NCBI GenBank assembly: GCA_903954165.1 | Contig: CAJBMK010000088.1 | Span: 1 to 41,873, forward strand | Length of the DNA stretch: 41,873 nucleotides | From: an uncultured bacterium | GTDB lineage: Bacteria > Patescibacteriota > Minisyncoccia > Phycocordibacterales > CAJBMK01 | Reading direction: 5' to 3' | Shown here: positions 30,701 to 36,045 of the stretch, in pieces | How positions within the stretch are numbered: position 1 is the stretch's first letter | Layout of the letters: each line of letters opens with the position of its first letter | Program-made: the position numbers and the translations under genes | Notes under the pieces: generated by a model | Told to the model about the DNA's origin: nothing | Databases searched by the model: none | The model's input: the letters and a program-made list of their open reading frames with translations, nothing else

Positions 30701-30823
30701 GATTACATTGTTAAAGTTAAGGCAATACTGCCTAGTCAAGGCAATTCTAGCCCGGTGGAAGTTACTTCTGAACCAATAACTATCCACATCACCAATCTCA
30801 ATCCGTCATTCAAAGAGCAATAA
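18704..30823 (+). CDS. Giant (~4,040 aa) multidomain secreted surface protein
   Basis: Uninterrupted 12.1-kb ORF, open from the TTG at 18686. The ATG at 18704 gives signal peptide MSSINKIVKIIVYTLAVLLCILTQSSVLYA/QT. Recognisable internal domains are two LamG-like domains, YD-like repeats, two transglutaminase-like cores, four DPDGD Ig-like domains and multiple Ig-like repeats. Confidence 0.88.
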   Translation: MSSINKIVKIIVYTLAVLLCILTQSSVLYAQTSNSGTLEFLAGFDGDFRDYSHNTSRPMTVGNLVNPIFDGPTQSDGWLPKFGSGTMKLTGGTGGSDSSGISFVPQNNNSQGEISLGTGEFTIDFWFYPYGLKHNGLEFWKEYNSNPTKSTLSKPHNLFYAIQNQVNSLFLLDTIKLARFNGGYKFIVFQNNSSFEVSSNLSSDIVENQWNHIAIQRVNSKDGSSFVVSINGKAGTVVNKALDFSLPKINRLYFGQPQVMNPLGDIDEFRIIKDKALWPGAAAGQAYIIPTTSAITQDVLNSAPAYDVSFLKIKPENISSSFLLHFDTNLLDVSGKEPVMSSGVVPVVSVGQKQVGTGSASFNSTSGTVTYDTGVALSATDDFTIDFWAYPRGFQKDINKSLVLLKLSDGTTNYFLRTHIYSTFLNTQLQFGPLSSVVDPTWYNSMLSEGTSQSSDSLYRIMLKEKTWNHIVIQRYKGELLYIINGAASRNAYFMNNVNSRFALTPFSGKSLSLSMGGVIPITGTQAIAGEVPVAFDGYIDEVRITKGALWPNVQKDDQVAYVPSVVGDTVKSSNLAIFDRSVEAFMAADTNVIPGNIAWFEQAFSAVSGTSVESNQSETVPARTITSEQLFSRTNGAPFYTEYYDSGDKLVASAIWAGSGVTSGDKKIKYSEYFEDSGLYQETFYSPNGAVTDIYRYYSKADGGRLFTQIENRNGLERYRRYSADGDEQYSHEYRNGAFVYAKRKAVSLDGITQNVVCFSADCLNFERKIISSNSTVVYSVTGTAYKFTITDYKGGKILFQKESAGTIGNNGSVVPSYRKVTTYSSNGATPSTEIVINFLGSPQNTAVLKTYSTDSLSVSYGKIDKEEMWLVDSSFNPTGQRMYKMSYTYNSDGVLVSKLKEEKTQLDFTTTTYRPDDSVKKLKKIAGTIYSDGSFGTVTEYSFDRNNKEVARVVTALKKGWVIEKIDRYTLTVLASRTTFDTDGSCPIRGDYFEKGNESIVRYSIVGTCDSGKITYVYSYMVPGGKSVAYKTEVRSIFTGVLISTPTNDELFQTKSAEARYFKPSGLLSWALNEADTVFAVTKLILSKYIADVKAEADSNKKLSLYYDYADELSWAVKSVTNHFHSNSTVKNNDRTFEESALPWVVPAGQSITNKQIYGFYIKLGGIESNASNARLAFIDMDPANVAELQAKLAAATSYADLEKWPKQMGKFDSLGNTDGSGLIVGTDNNWKIFSAKNSTDRTTRLTVEELTRPDPATNRIVESFMQSSSGLLLKIKKSANKLTPDEVIKIFYSYFYDQYYFTYEHDLAGVAQTLAQTMSRPGGNCQEFAVTAATLLRSIFVSLGMPEEAKNVGLATVTVTVSPTSDTATLGHIGVVYKNTNDSLTYIESIYLFQGMGATVPLETYPEITIEKNRLSKLLSPNKNIDGWKVNMSSYSLVGTLPVGSENSSSVGNSIYPINDVASYIEPHDPKIEALVSVMYPFIPRLFEQSKEGLAEYVHSVLTPYFSYDSSEPDGKPWEKVAQILDGVVGTDGTVAPGSIKGDCDELAFVEASVLQNLLEGRYIMRNLAPAKAKLAASEDVMLFAIRKDANSAVAHMFPGVVTYMNNNALTRVLPLDPQISAPQSTIDFRTMMDENMLFYANKAFGTVAVSSDDLSATVFKSKVDAPAGDEPAPSEKVVPKSYFDGDGKEISAEQAAELQVELARVEAESARIDQVDALIAATGKKLADFLAKNTELQSKIVEKLDAGTNTAVTPAVTNTNVPIIDNNNAGNLGTFGATKTDSAVPGSINTPGNFGTFGAEPSAPAAAGNGPSNFSYTFGATQPELTQPTLVQNMFTAPGGGPAPSVFTNVLNFIGGLFSGGPGINYSMYGSGGNTFSPSGIVTTFGNNPNLNITATPNVLYIPLAMPDSASMCPTGVTVSKMCSDVSGNVITTKPDNSFFVGKDSCASVAGSCSDDKLFYTGWVCNLGFTMSLDKKSCVPNNKPPLTPVITSMPANTNFSKTAQTYTFVSTDPDKDNLYYQIKWNGDSKLEIQPLTGSIASGIAVLSSQTWPTDGAFTIEARAIDTSGAISPWGKLVVNISNNSAPLAPVITSASSNTNNPLHSETYLFKSTDPDGDNLFYEIQWSGKSDDVYGIVRVPAGNAFVAHNTNQSANNTWPKVGTYTFIVRAVDVHGSKSPWTAYSPEITPPGFDFSLRGPDLITIIQGNSADATIVKNVVEGDASEVVLTASINKISGSPDLTVTLPHKTDCTPTCNEVVQISSDNFVGVNIAKVTYYTLTVVGTAKNDSLIKHTISIPVRFVPAPRVVLTASPNPVLDTAIGDLESYQSTLMWTSTGAKSCSAKSDPVGVWAGVKKLSGSETITMDKYTLFTITCTGEGGKADAIVDADVIHSKALSVLLTANPSAGRLVDGSFETMLTASLKNQTGDVKYRFNCEGGPELKSQRLITALVSDDSFTFKCNYSFSGIHQPTVFVYDDNNPTIPVVASNLVFTDGLEVVLEAVPNKGAIPFTPLLQVKFQNYNSPVKYHINCNGSTLPANENGVNAISTAVNSTTDGEYSFFNVTDCTYDTVGQKTPTVFVYDDNNTRLPVIASTKVTAIVPPPVVGFDFSLSGPKEIVLTQGATTEVEISKDLVQGVGGNVHLALSVAPIAGGPNVTATLINSTDCTPTCAETVRLSADNSLGNNVTDIKKYSLTVVGTAKNDSTNTHTLIIPIRLVPAPRVTLTASPNPVAETAVSPLAPYETVLEWSSISATSCTASSDQPGLWTGDKKISGKEKVALSKNTKFSIVCVGDGGEANASVSVVKLGAKLSVTLKANPATGALSNNRFVTTLTAVLKNEDGAVTYSSNCNGDSELLPVTIKSATLIDHAFTFTCTYVNSGIFLPTVFVYDDSNVTVPVKDSAHVFVYDQMTLSLTANPDAGTVPFTSEMKVDLGNYVAPVSYTYNCNNGLAPTIPVRPATMIASNVSSANVSQNTGSFTFSCTYVKIGLNNPTVFVYDAFNTDNPLIATTKITVVAADTNRPPSKPIIDGPSSGLINSALKYNVVSTDPDGDQIYYEVTYKINTSAETNPISRLPFLGLVESGTIQNQDYAWTGQGYFIVLARAIDIKGATSDWGSYNVNIKQNEPEPEFEWYGTDVYENSSGSLPSDFVNHYHLIRYDGPTKITSYFPDEAGVAGTVGVKTLVAKTKIDILTEIGDSKTAYGGDPMVNTKTGNYVFSHGNIKQCTDKAFTNCTLINDSDVGSPLPPKGMGKYEAKYGKYILSTLTFSKLFEWYGDSISGEPGVLPTDFRNKYFILRNTLNPMTATYYPSEEGVEGLPATKTFIAYTNKDLLTDTDTANTAFYAKNSVQTGNGGYYFSHGRIVQCDDPQFTVNCNIVNDGDVGQESGGTKKYNPNGGQYILGTHTYRLGTAPVNHPPTAPIITGPNKGSVNDSLFFNSVSTDPDGDQIFYNVTYQLDPYIEINVISRLPSEGLVNSGTSQNQGYRWTGPGAFIVKAQAIDSKGATSEWSEYSVNISQQIESRFNWYGKSISANGNGLPEGFVNYYHLIRKDKTSDTVTYYPSSAGVTGVSGKAGVTTFIASTNADILVDNYPYETGFGAEHTISVGPYTYVFSHGNIIQCDNLQFTDSCNTVNDGDFGQESGGTKKYNPNGGHYILSTNTYKLQPGNSDGSNTTLPVTLSATPDHGSLENSSFTTTLTAHLTSGEYSLPVAYQYKCSDSEGWKPDAEISTSVNASNGFEIKKSDGSPACSYPSGGTYTPSVKVYDSSNPYRVGTATTNVYVAEFICNVNGSVTEAVAGNAGGATWGVNNPFNGGVFTKMVWNISNLDSLNGAPLVSINTEGSYYIPNQNISWLNMNNTINNILVSLQSGAYTYIGKTFNIPAISCPSASLVKNCTPNFALVFKPLETKMKIVISSADSDPVDIQLKNQATCIDTASEVTITEVYIDDDNTVRRLKSAGATISLKQKADRELYTLNISDLNATESIRFTIDNPVVSGDYIVKVKAILPSQGNSSPVEVTSEPITIHITNLNPSFKEQ
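25277..27765 (+). repeat. Tandem duplication of a ~1.25-kb (~415-aa) coding block inside the giant gene
   Basis: Block A (25277-26510) and block B (26511-27765) are colinear. Both begin GFDFSL(R/S)GP, and both contain TDCTPTC, TVVGTAKNDS, LVPAPRV.LTASPNPV and two units ending PTVFVYDD.N. Confidence 0.85.
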
Positions 30824-30835
30824 TTATTAGATGCT

Positions 30836-30868
30836 CTACCCACCATTTACACTGGTGGGTAGGTTTGT
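30836..30868 (+). terminator. Putative intrinsic terminator after the giant gene
   Basis: 10-bp stem ctacccacca / tggtgggtag with a 7-nt loop, followed by gtttgtg. The T tract is weak. Confidence 0.45.
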
Positions 30869-30995
30869 GACAAGGGTTTCCAATGTGCACCTATACTTGT
30901 CAGTATCTATGTAATCGTGTTATCGTACATGTACATATGGTCGCCCTATAGAGCACTGGGGCGCTTAATGCGTTTATGAGTGCCGATAAAGTAAA

Positions 30996-31526
30996 ATGAA
31001 AGCCAACAAAACGACAAAAAAAGAAATAAAGTCTGGTCTGGCAAGGCGTGAATTGCGTAAGAAGGTGTTGACGCTTTGCATTCCACGTAAGGGTAATAAA
31101 ATTTTGCTCGGCATGAAGAAACGCGGTTTTGGGGAAGGAAAGTGGAACGGATTTGGCGGTAAGTTGGAGGCGGGAGAAACAATAGAACAGGCAGCTATTC
31201 GAGAATTGGAGGAAGAATCGGGGATTTCGGTATCTACAATAGAGAAAATAGGCATTCTTGAATTCTATTTTGACGGTAAAGACGATTTTCTTGAAACGCA
31301 TATTTATATCGGTAAGGATATCTCCGGTACGCCAGTTGAATCGGAAGAGATGCGACCGCAATGGTTTGATATTGACGAAATTCCGTTTCACTCAATGTGG
31401 GATGACGATTCACACTGGTTCCCCATATTTTTGAAAGAAGAGATTTTTAACGGCAAATTCTTTTTCAACGACAACAATATAATGCATAGCTATCACTTAG
31501 AAAGAGACAATGAACGCAAAAAATAA
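30996..31526 (+). CDS. Nudix hydrolase, MTH1/NUDT1-like 8-oxo-dGTP pyrophosphatase
   Basis: 176 aa. Nudix box [24 protein letters not shown]. The flanking [19 protein letters not shown] and [14 protein letters not shown]...[13 protein letters not shown] closely resemble the human MTH1 sequence as I recall it. Confidence 0.88.
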   Translation: MKANKTTKKEIKSGLARRELRKKVLTLCIPRKGNKILLGMKKRGFGEGKWNGFGGKLEAGETIEQAAIRELEEESGISVSTIEKIGILEFYFDGKDDFLETHIYIGKDISGTPVESEEMRPQWFDIDEIPFHSMWDDDSHWFPIFLKEEIFNGKFFFNDNNIMHSYHLERDNERKK

Positions 31527-34176
31527 TAAAACTAAATCAGAGCATCAGGACGAAAAACTTATCGTCAAGGGGGCGCGTACTCATAACCTGAAAAATATCA
31601 CGGTAGAAATGCCGAGAAATAAATTGGTGGTGTTTACGGGGCTTTCCGGTTCGGGTAAGTCATCATTGGCTTTCGATACGATATTCGCCGAAGGTCAGCG
31701 ACGTTATGTAGAATCATTGTCTTCCTACGCACGACAGTTTCTTCGCCAGATGCAAAAGCCCGACGTGGATGAGATTGTGGGTCTTTCTCCGGCTATCTCC
31801 ATTGACCAAAAGTCTCGTTCCAATAATCCGCGCTCAACGGTTGCCACGACTACTGAAATTTACGATTACCTGCGTATTCTCTACGCACGCGTCGGAAAAC
31901 CGCACTGCCTTATTTGCGATCGTATTATTAAGCGTCTTTCTCATGAAGAAATTATCAGTACGATTATAGAAACTGTTTCGTCTATTAACGTCGCCGAATC
32001 GGCCCAATCGGTTATGGGTGTGCCGTACAATCTTTTGAAACTTCGGATTTTTTCACCTGTCGTTGTCGGTAGAAAAGGCGAGTATTATCAGTTGTTGTAC
32101 GATATGCTCGGAAAGGGATACACCATGGTAAAGGTTGACGGAGTGCTGAAAAAACTCCGCGAGCGTATCGAACTGACCAAAACGAAAAAACATGATATTG
32201 ATATTCTTGTTGATGAATTTTTCGTGAGTGATTTGACCGATAAGAATGAGGTAAAAAAGCAGAACGTTAAGGAACGACTTTCGGAGGCGGTTGAAAAGGC
32301 GTTGGAAGAATCGGGAGGATTGCTTAAAATAGAAACACCGGAAGGCGAGCGTTTGATATCCGCAAAATTTATGTGTCCATATGACGGATTTTCGTATCCG
32401 GAAATTGAACCTCGTTTGTTTTCATTTAATTCGCCTCACGGCGCATGTTCCGAGTGTAACGGTTTGGGAACGCGGCATTTTTTCGGTAATGAAGTCTGTA
32501 CGCTATGTAAGGGTGCTCGACTTCGAGATGAAGCGTTGCACGTCTATTTCGGTTCTACCGAGAAAAGTAAGGGGCTGAATATCGTCGAATTAACCGCTTT
32601 ATCAATCAGCGGAGCGCGGAAATTTTTCGCAGAGCTGACGCTGACCGATACGGAGCGAGAAATTTCAAAAGTCATTCTAAAAGAAATTGAGTCACGTCTC
32701 GATTTCATGATTAATGTCGGTATTGAATACTTGACGCTTGATAGGCGTTCTCATACGCTTTCCGGCGGTGAAGCGCAAAGAATTCGTTTGGCCAGCCAGC
32801 TTGGTTCGGGTCTTGTCGGTGCGCTGTATGTGTTGGATGAGCCAACTATCGGTCTTCATTCGCGCGACAATGACCGTTTGGTTCAAACGTTGCTTCATTT
32901 GAGAGATATTGGAAATACTATTCTTATTGTCGAGCACGACGAGGATACGATATATTCCGCGGATTATATTATAGATATCGGTCCGGGAGCCGGAATTCAC
33001 GGCGGTAATGTTGTCGCGTCCGGATATCTTGACGGGCTTTTGACCGCACCGAAGAATGTGTCAGGTTCAATGACATTGGATTATTTGAGAGGAGACAAGC
33101 TTGTGGCTATTCCCGAAGAACGTCGAACAAAAGAAGCCGGAGCACTGAAAATTCGGGGCGGGAATATTTTCAACATAAAAAATATGAATGTTGATGTTCC
33201 GCTCGGAAGATTCGTGACTGTTACCGGCGTGTCCGGTTCCGGAAAGTCGTCGTTTGTTTATGAAATTTTACACAAGAATTTACAGGCTCGATTTGAACGC
33301 CGTTATCGGTCAAATGAAGTATATAATTGCGGTACATTTACCGGTACCGAATATGTATCACGGGCAATTTTGATTGACCAGAGTCCGATTGGAAGAACGC
33401 CGCGCTCAAATCCGGTGACCTATACCGGAGCGTTTACATTTATTCGACAGTTGTTCGCCGAATCTGCGGAAGCTCGGGTGCGCGGATGGAAGCAAAATCG
33501 TTTTTCTTTCAACGTGAAGGGTGGACGATGTGAAGCATGTCAGGGAAACGGCGAAATCGCGGTTGAAATGCATTTTTTGCCGACCGTATATGTGCCGTGT
33601 GAAGTCTGCGAGGGAAAACGGTTTATGAAAGAAACCCTTGAGGTGAAATTCAAAAAGAAAAGCATTTATGATGTACTTCAGATGACGGTGGAGGAAGCCC
33701 TGAAGTTTTTCGAAGATATTCCCGCAATTTATGACCGTCTCAAGACTTTGGACGAGGTTGGGCTTGGTTATCTTACGCTCGGGCAATCGGCCACAACGCT
33801 GTCGGGAGGAGAAGCACAGCGTGTCAAAATATCTTCCGAATTGTACAGACCGCATATGCAGAAAACGATTTATCTTTTGGACGAACCGACTATCGGCTTG
33901 CATTACGAAGACGTGCGAAAACTAATCGAAATTTTGCAGGTGTTGGTGGATAAGGGCAATACGGTTTTGGTTATTGAACACAATATGGATATTATTAAGT
34001 CGTCGGATTACGTCATTGATATCGGTCCTGAAGGCGGTCAGGGCGGGGGACAGGTGGTGGCAAAAGGAACTCCGGAAGACGTTGCCAATAATGAAAAATC
34101 GTACACGGGAAAGTATTTAAAAAAGGCTTTGAAGAAAAAGGTGGCCGGTAAGATTGTGAAAGATTCCGACAAATAG
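31510..34176 (+). CDS. uvrA: Excinuclease ABC subunit A
   Basis: 888 aa. Two ABC modules ([18 protein letters not shown]; twice LSGGEAQR) and zinc modules. Overlaps the Nudix gene by 17 nt. Confidence 0.95.
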   Translation: MNAKNNKTKSEHQDEKLIVKGARTHNLKNITVEMPRNKLVVFTGLSGSGKSSLAFDTIFAEGQRRYVESLSSYARQFLRQMQKPDVDEIVGLSPAISIDQKSRSNNPRSTVATTTEIYDYLRILYARVGKPHCLICDRIIKRLSHEEIISTIIETVSSINVAESAQSVMGVPYNLLKLRIFSPVVVGRKGEYYQLLYDMLGKGYTMVKVDGVLKKLRERIELTKTKKHDIDILVDEFFVSDLTDKNEVKKQNVKERLSEAVEKALEESGGLLKIETPEGERLISAKFMCPYDGFSYPEIEPRLFSFNSPHGACSECNGLGTRHFFGNEVCTLCKGARLRDEALHVYFGSTEKSKGLNIVELTALSISGARKFFAELTLTDTEREISKVILKEIESRLDFMINVGIEYLTLDRRSHTLSGGEAQRIRLASQLGSGLVGALYVLDEPTIGLHSRDNDRLVQTLLHLRDIGNTILIVEHDEDTIYSADYIIDIGPGAGIHGGNVVASGYLDGLLTAPKNVSGSMTLDYLRGDKLVAIPEERRTKEAGALKIRGGNIFNIKNMNVDVPLGRFVTVTGVSGSGKSSFVYEILHKNLQARFERRYRSNEVYNCGTFTGTEYVSRAILIDQSPIGRTPRSNPVTYTGAFTFIRQLFAESAEARVRGWKQNRFSFNVKGGRCEACQGNGEIAVEMHFLPTVYVPCEVCEGKRFMKETLEVKFKKKSIYDVLQMTVEEALKFFEDIPAIYDRLKTLDEVGLGYLTLGQSATTLSGGEAQRVKISSELYRPHMQKTIYLLDEPTIGLHYEDVRKLIEILQVLVDKGNTVLVIEHNMDIIKSSDYVIDIGPEGGQGGGQVVAKGTPEDVANNEKSYTGKYLKKALKKKVAGKIVKDSDK

Positions 34177-34178
34177 AG

Positions 34179-34213
34179 AATGGCGCCACAGAAATAGTGG
34201 CGCCATTTTTATT
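34179..34213 (+). terminator. Intrinsic terminator after uvrA
   Basis: 11-bp perfect stem aatggcgccac / gtggcgccatt with a 7-nt loop, followed by tttttatt. Confidence 0.75.
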
Positions 34214-34448
34214 GTGCGGATTTCCGCATGAGCATGATTTGCTCCTCAAGGTTTCGAATACACACCTTCATTGTTTCTATTCGTCCGCCCTGGCAAAGCT
34301 TATGTACGCGATTTCCCTCCCTGTTGTCTCCTGTTTTTTCAAGCTGGACTTGTCCTTCCTGGAGTAATACAAGGTTCTCTTTGAGGCGTCGCAAACTTTC
34401 CTCAATTTCACTGTAATGAGTATTCTGTTCTTTCCGAAGTACGGTCAT
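34209..34448 (-). CDS. Possible small (79-aa) coiled-coil protein, unknown function
   Basis: Minus-strand ORF between uvrA and uvrC. Starting at the ATG at 34448 (MTVLRKEQNTHYSEIEESLRRLKENL...) avoids overlap with uvrC. I recognise no family and see no clear promoter or RBS. Confidence 0.3.
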   Translation of the reverse strand: MTVLRKEQNTHYSEIEESLRRLKENLVLLQEGQVQLEKTGDNREGNRVHKLCQGGRIETMKVCIRNLEEQIMLMRKSAQ

Positions 34449-34462
34449 TGTGCTCCTTTTTG

Positions 34463-34490
34463 TTGCATTATTCTTGGTATACGATACAAT
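34463..34490 (+). promoter_or_regulatory. Sigma-70-like promoter directly abutting the uvrC start
   Basis: TTGCAT (34463-34468), 16-nt spacer, TACAAT (34485-34490), then 6 nt before the GTG at 34497. Confidence 0.5.
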
Positions 34491-34496
34491 ATTGGT

Positions 34497-35735
34497 GTGA
34501 ATAGTCAATACCTTACGAATAATGTCTTGCCCGACGAGCCCGGAGTGTACTTTTTTAAACAAGGTACGCGCATTTTATATATAGGAAAAGCGACATCTTT
34601 ACGAAGTCGCGTACGAAGCTATTTCTCAAATGACCTTATTTCTACACGCGGTTCTCGAATCGTCGATATGGTGACCAAGGCCGATTCTCTCGATTTTGAG
34701 GTGACTGATTCTGTTTTGGAGGCTTTGATTGCGGAAGCGAATTTAATCAAGAAACATCAGCCGTTTTATAATGCCCGCGAAAAAGACGACAAAAGCTACA
34801 ATTACGTCGTCATAACGAAAGAAGATTTTTTGCGCGTTTTATTAGTTCGAGGCAGAGAGCTGGAAATGCAAACGGCGGGATCGGGAAATTTGACCTATAA
34901 AATTAAACACACATTCGGTCCGTTTCCCGAAGGCGCGTCTCTTCGCGAGGGGCTTCGAATCATACGAAAAATATTTCCTTATCGGGACAGGTGCGAACCG
35001 GCGAGCGGTAAGTCGTGTTTCAATTATCAAATTGGTCTATGTCCGGGCGTGTGCAACGGCGTGATTTCAAAACAAGAATACAAAAAAAGAATTCAGCACA
35101 TAGTTCACTTTTTTGAAGGAAATAAAAAGAAAATATATAAAACGTTGGAAGCGGATATGATGCGCGAAGCGGCGCTCCAACATTTTGAGAAAGCCGAAGA
35201 GATTAAGCGTACTTTGCGTTCGTTACAGCATATTCACGACGTCTCACTTTTAAAGAGAGATTTTGATAACGGAGAAAATGCTGATATTCCAAAGGCACGA
35301 ATTGAAGCCTACGATATCGCGCATACGAGCGGTATGTCGGCCGTCGGTGTTATGGTTGTTGTGCAGGGGAGTATTGTAGAAAAAAAATCGTATCGAAAAT
35401 TTATAATTCGCGGTGAAAAGGGGAATAGCGACTCCGATAACTTGCGTGAGGTCCTCCAAAGACGGTTGGCGCATACTGAATGGCAATTGCCGGATATTTT
35501 TGTCGTTGACGGCGGAGCTATTCAGAAAAATGTATTTGAAAAAGTGTTGAAAGATGTGGCCGGTGGCGTGTCGGTCGTTTCTGTCGTGAAGGATAGTCAT
35601 CATAAGCCGAAAGCGATCCTTGGAGACGCGCATATAATTGGAAAATATAAGAAAGAGATTTTATTGGCGAACAGTGAATCGCATCGTTTTGCGTTATCGT
35701 TTCACCGGAAGCGCCGAGACATTGTCAGACAATAA
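34497..35735 (+). CDS. uvrC: Excinuclease ABC subunit C, short form without the C-terminal (HhH)2 domain
   Basis: GIY-YIG motif (PGVYFFKQGTRILYIGKATSLRSRVRSYF), UVR domain (ALQHFEKAEEIKRTLRSL) and the RNase H-like endonuclease part (IEAYDIAHTSG ... ESHRFALSFHRKRR). The ORF is open from the ATG at 34416, but the GTG at 34497 gives a typical 10-aa lead before LPDEPGVY and sits just downstream of the promoter. Confidence 0.85.
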   Translation: MNSQYLTNNVLPDEPGVYFFKQGTRILYIGKATSLRSRVRSYFSNDLISTRGSRIVDMVTKADSLDFEVTDSVLEALIAEANLIKKHQPFYNAREKDDKSYNYVVITKEDFLRVLLVRGRELEMQTAGSGNLTYKIKHTFGPFPEGASLREGLRIIRKIFPYRDRCEPASGKSCFNYQIGLCPGVCNGVISKQEYKKRIQHIVHFFEGNKKKIYKTLEADMMREAALQHFEKAEEIKRTLRSLQHIHDVSLLKRDFDNGENADIPKARIEAYDIAHTSGMSAVGVMVVVQGSIVEKKSYRKFIIRGEKGNSDSDNLREVLQRRLAHTEWQLPDIFVVDGGAIQKNVFEKVLKDVAGGVSVVSVVKDSHHKPKAILGDAHIIGKYKKEILLANSESHRFALSFHRKRRDIVRQ

Positions 35736-35773
35736 AAATAATATGTTTGTACAGTATTCAATTTAGTAGCCGA

Positions 35774-35782
35774 TGATATACT
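35774..35782 (+). promoter_or_regulatory. Extended -10 promoter (TGaTATACT) with no ORF downstream
   Basis: tgatatact at 35774-35782. The identical 9-mer precedes the DUF2339-like gene at 38256-38264. Confidence 0.4.
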
Positions 35783-35788
35783 AATCGG

Positions 35789-35922
35789 GTCTTCGTTGTA
35801 GAAGCAATTTTACAACAATGATACAGGTGGTTGCTTTCGCTAATTCCTTTCAGTTTAAGCAATCCATGTGACACTGTCACATGTGGGGGTCGTATGTTGC
35901 TCAACATATGGCCCCTTTTTTT
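35789..35922 (+). ncRNA. Candidate small RNA (~130 nt) bounded by a promoter and a strong terminator
   Basis: The predicted start lies ~7 nt after the -10 box. It contains a 6-bp hairpin (gttgta/tacaac), a 19-bp perfect palindrome (35865-35883) and a terminator at 35885-35922. No plausible ORF on this strand. Confidence 0.35.
35885..35922 (+). terminator. Strong intrinsic terminator
   Basis: 13-bp stem (including 2 G-U pairs) ggggtcgtatgtt / aacatatggcccc with a 4-nt loop, followed by T7. Confidence 0.8.
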
Positions 35923-36011
35923 ATGCATAAAATAGTAATTCGTGCTGTAGACGTATATTTTCTGTTTTAATGACAAAATTCATTTCACGTCGTGATTTTT
36001 ATTCGGGCTAT

Positions 36012-36038
36012 TTGAGAGCATGACGTTTGTGGTATACT
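36012..36038 (+). promoter_or_regulatory. Promoter abutting the ddl start
   Basis: TTGAGA (36012-36017), 15-nt spacer, extended -10 TGgTATACT (-10 at 36033-36038), then 7 nt before the ATG at 36046. Confidence 0.45.
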
Positions 36039-36045
36039 TTTCTGT

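Noticed and set aside
35758-35976. 72-aa minus-strand ORF between uvrC and ddl
   Set aside because: The region carries a plus-strand promoter-like box and a strong plus-strand terminator. The ORF runs antisense through both hairpins and has no recognisable features.
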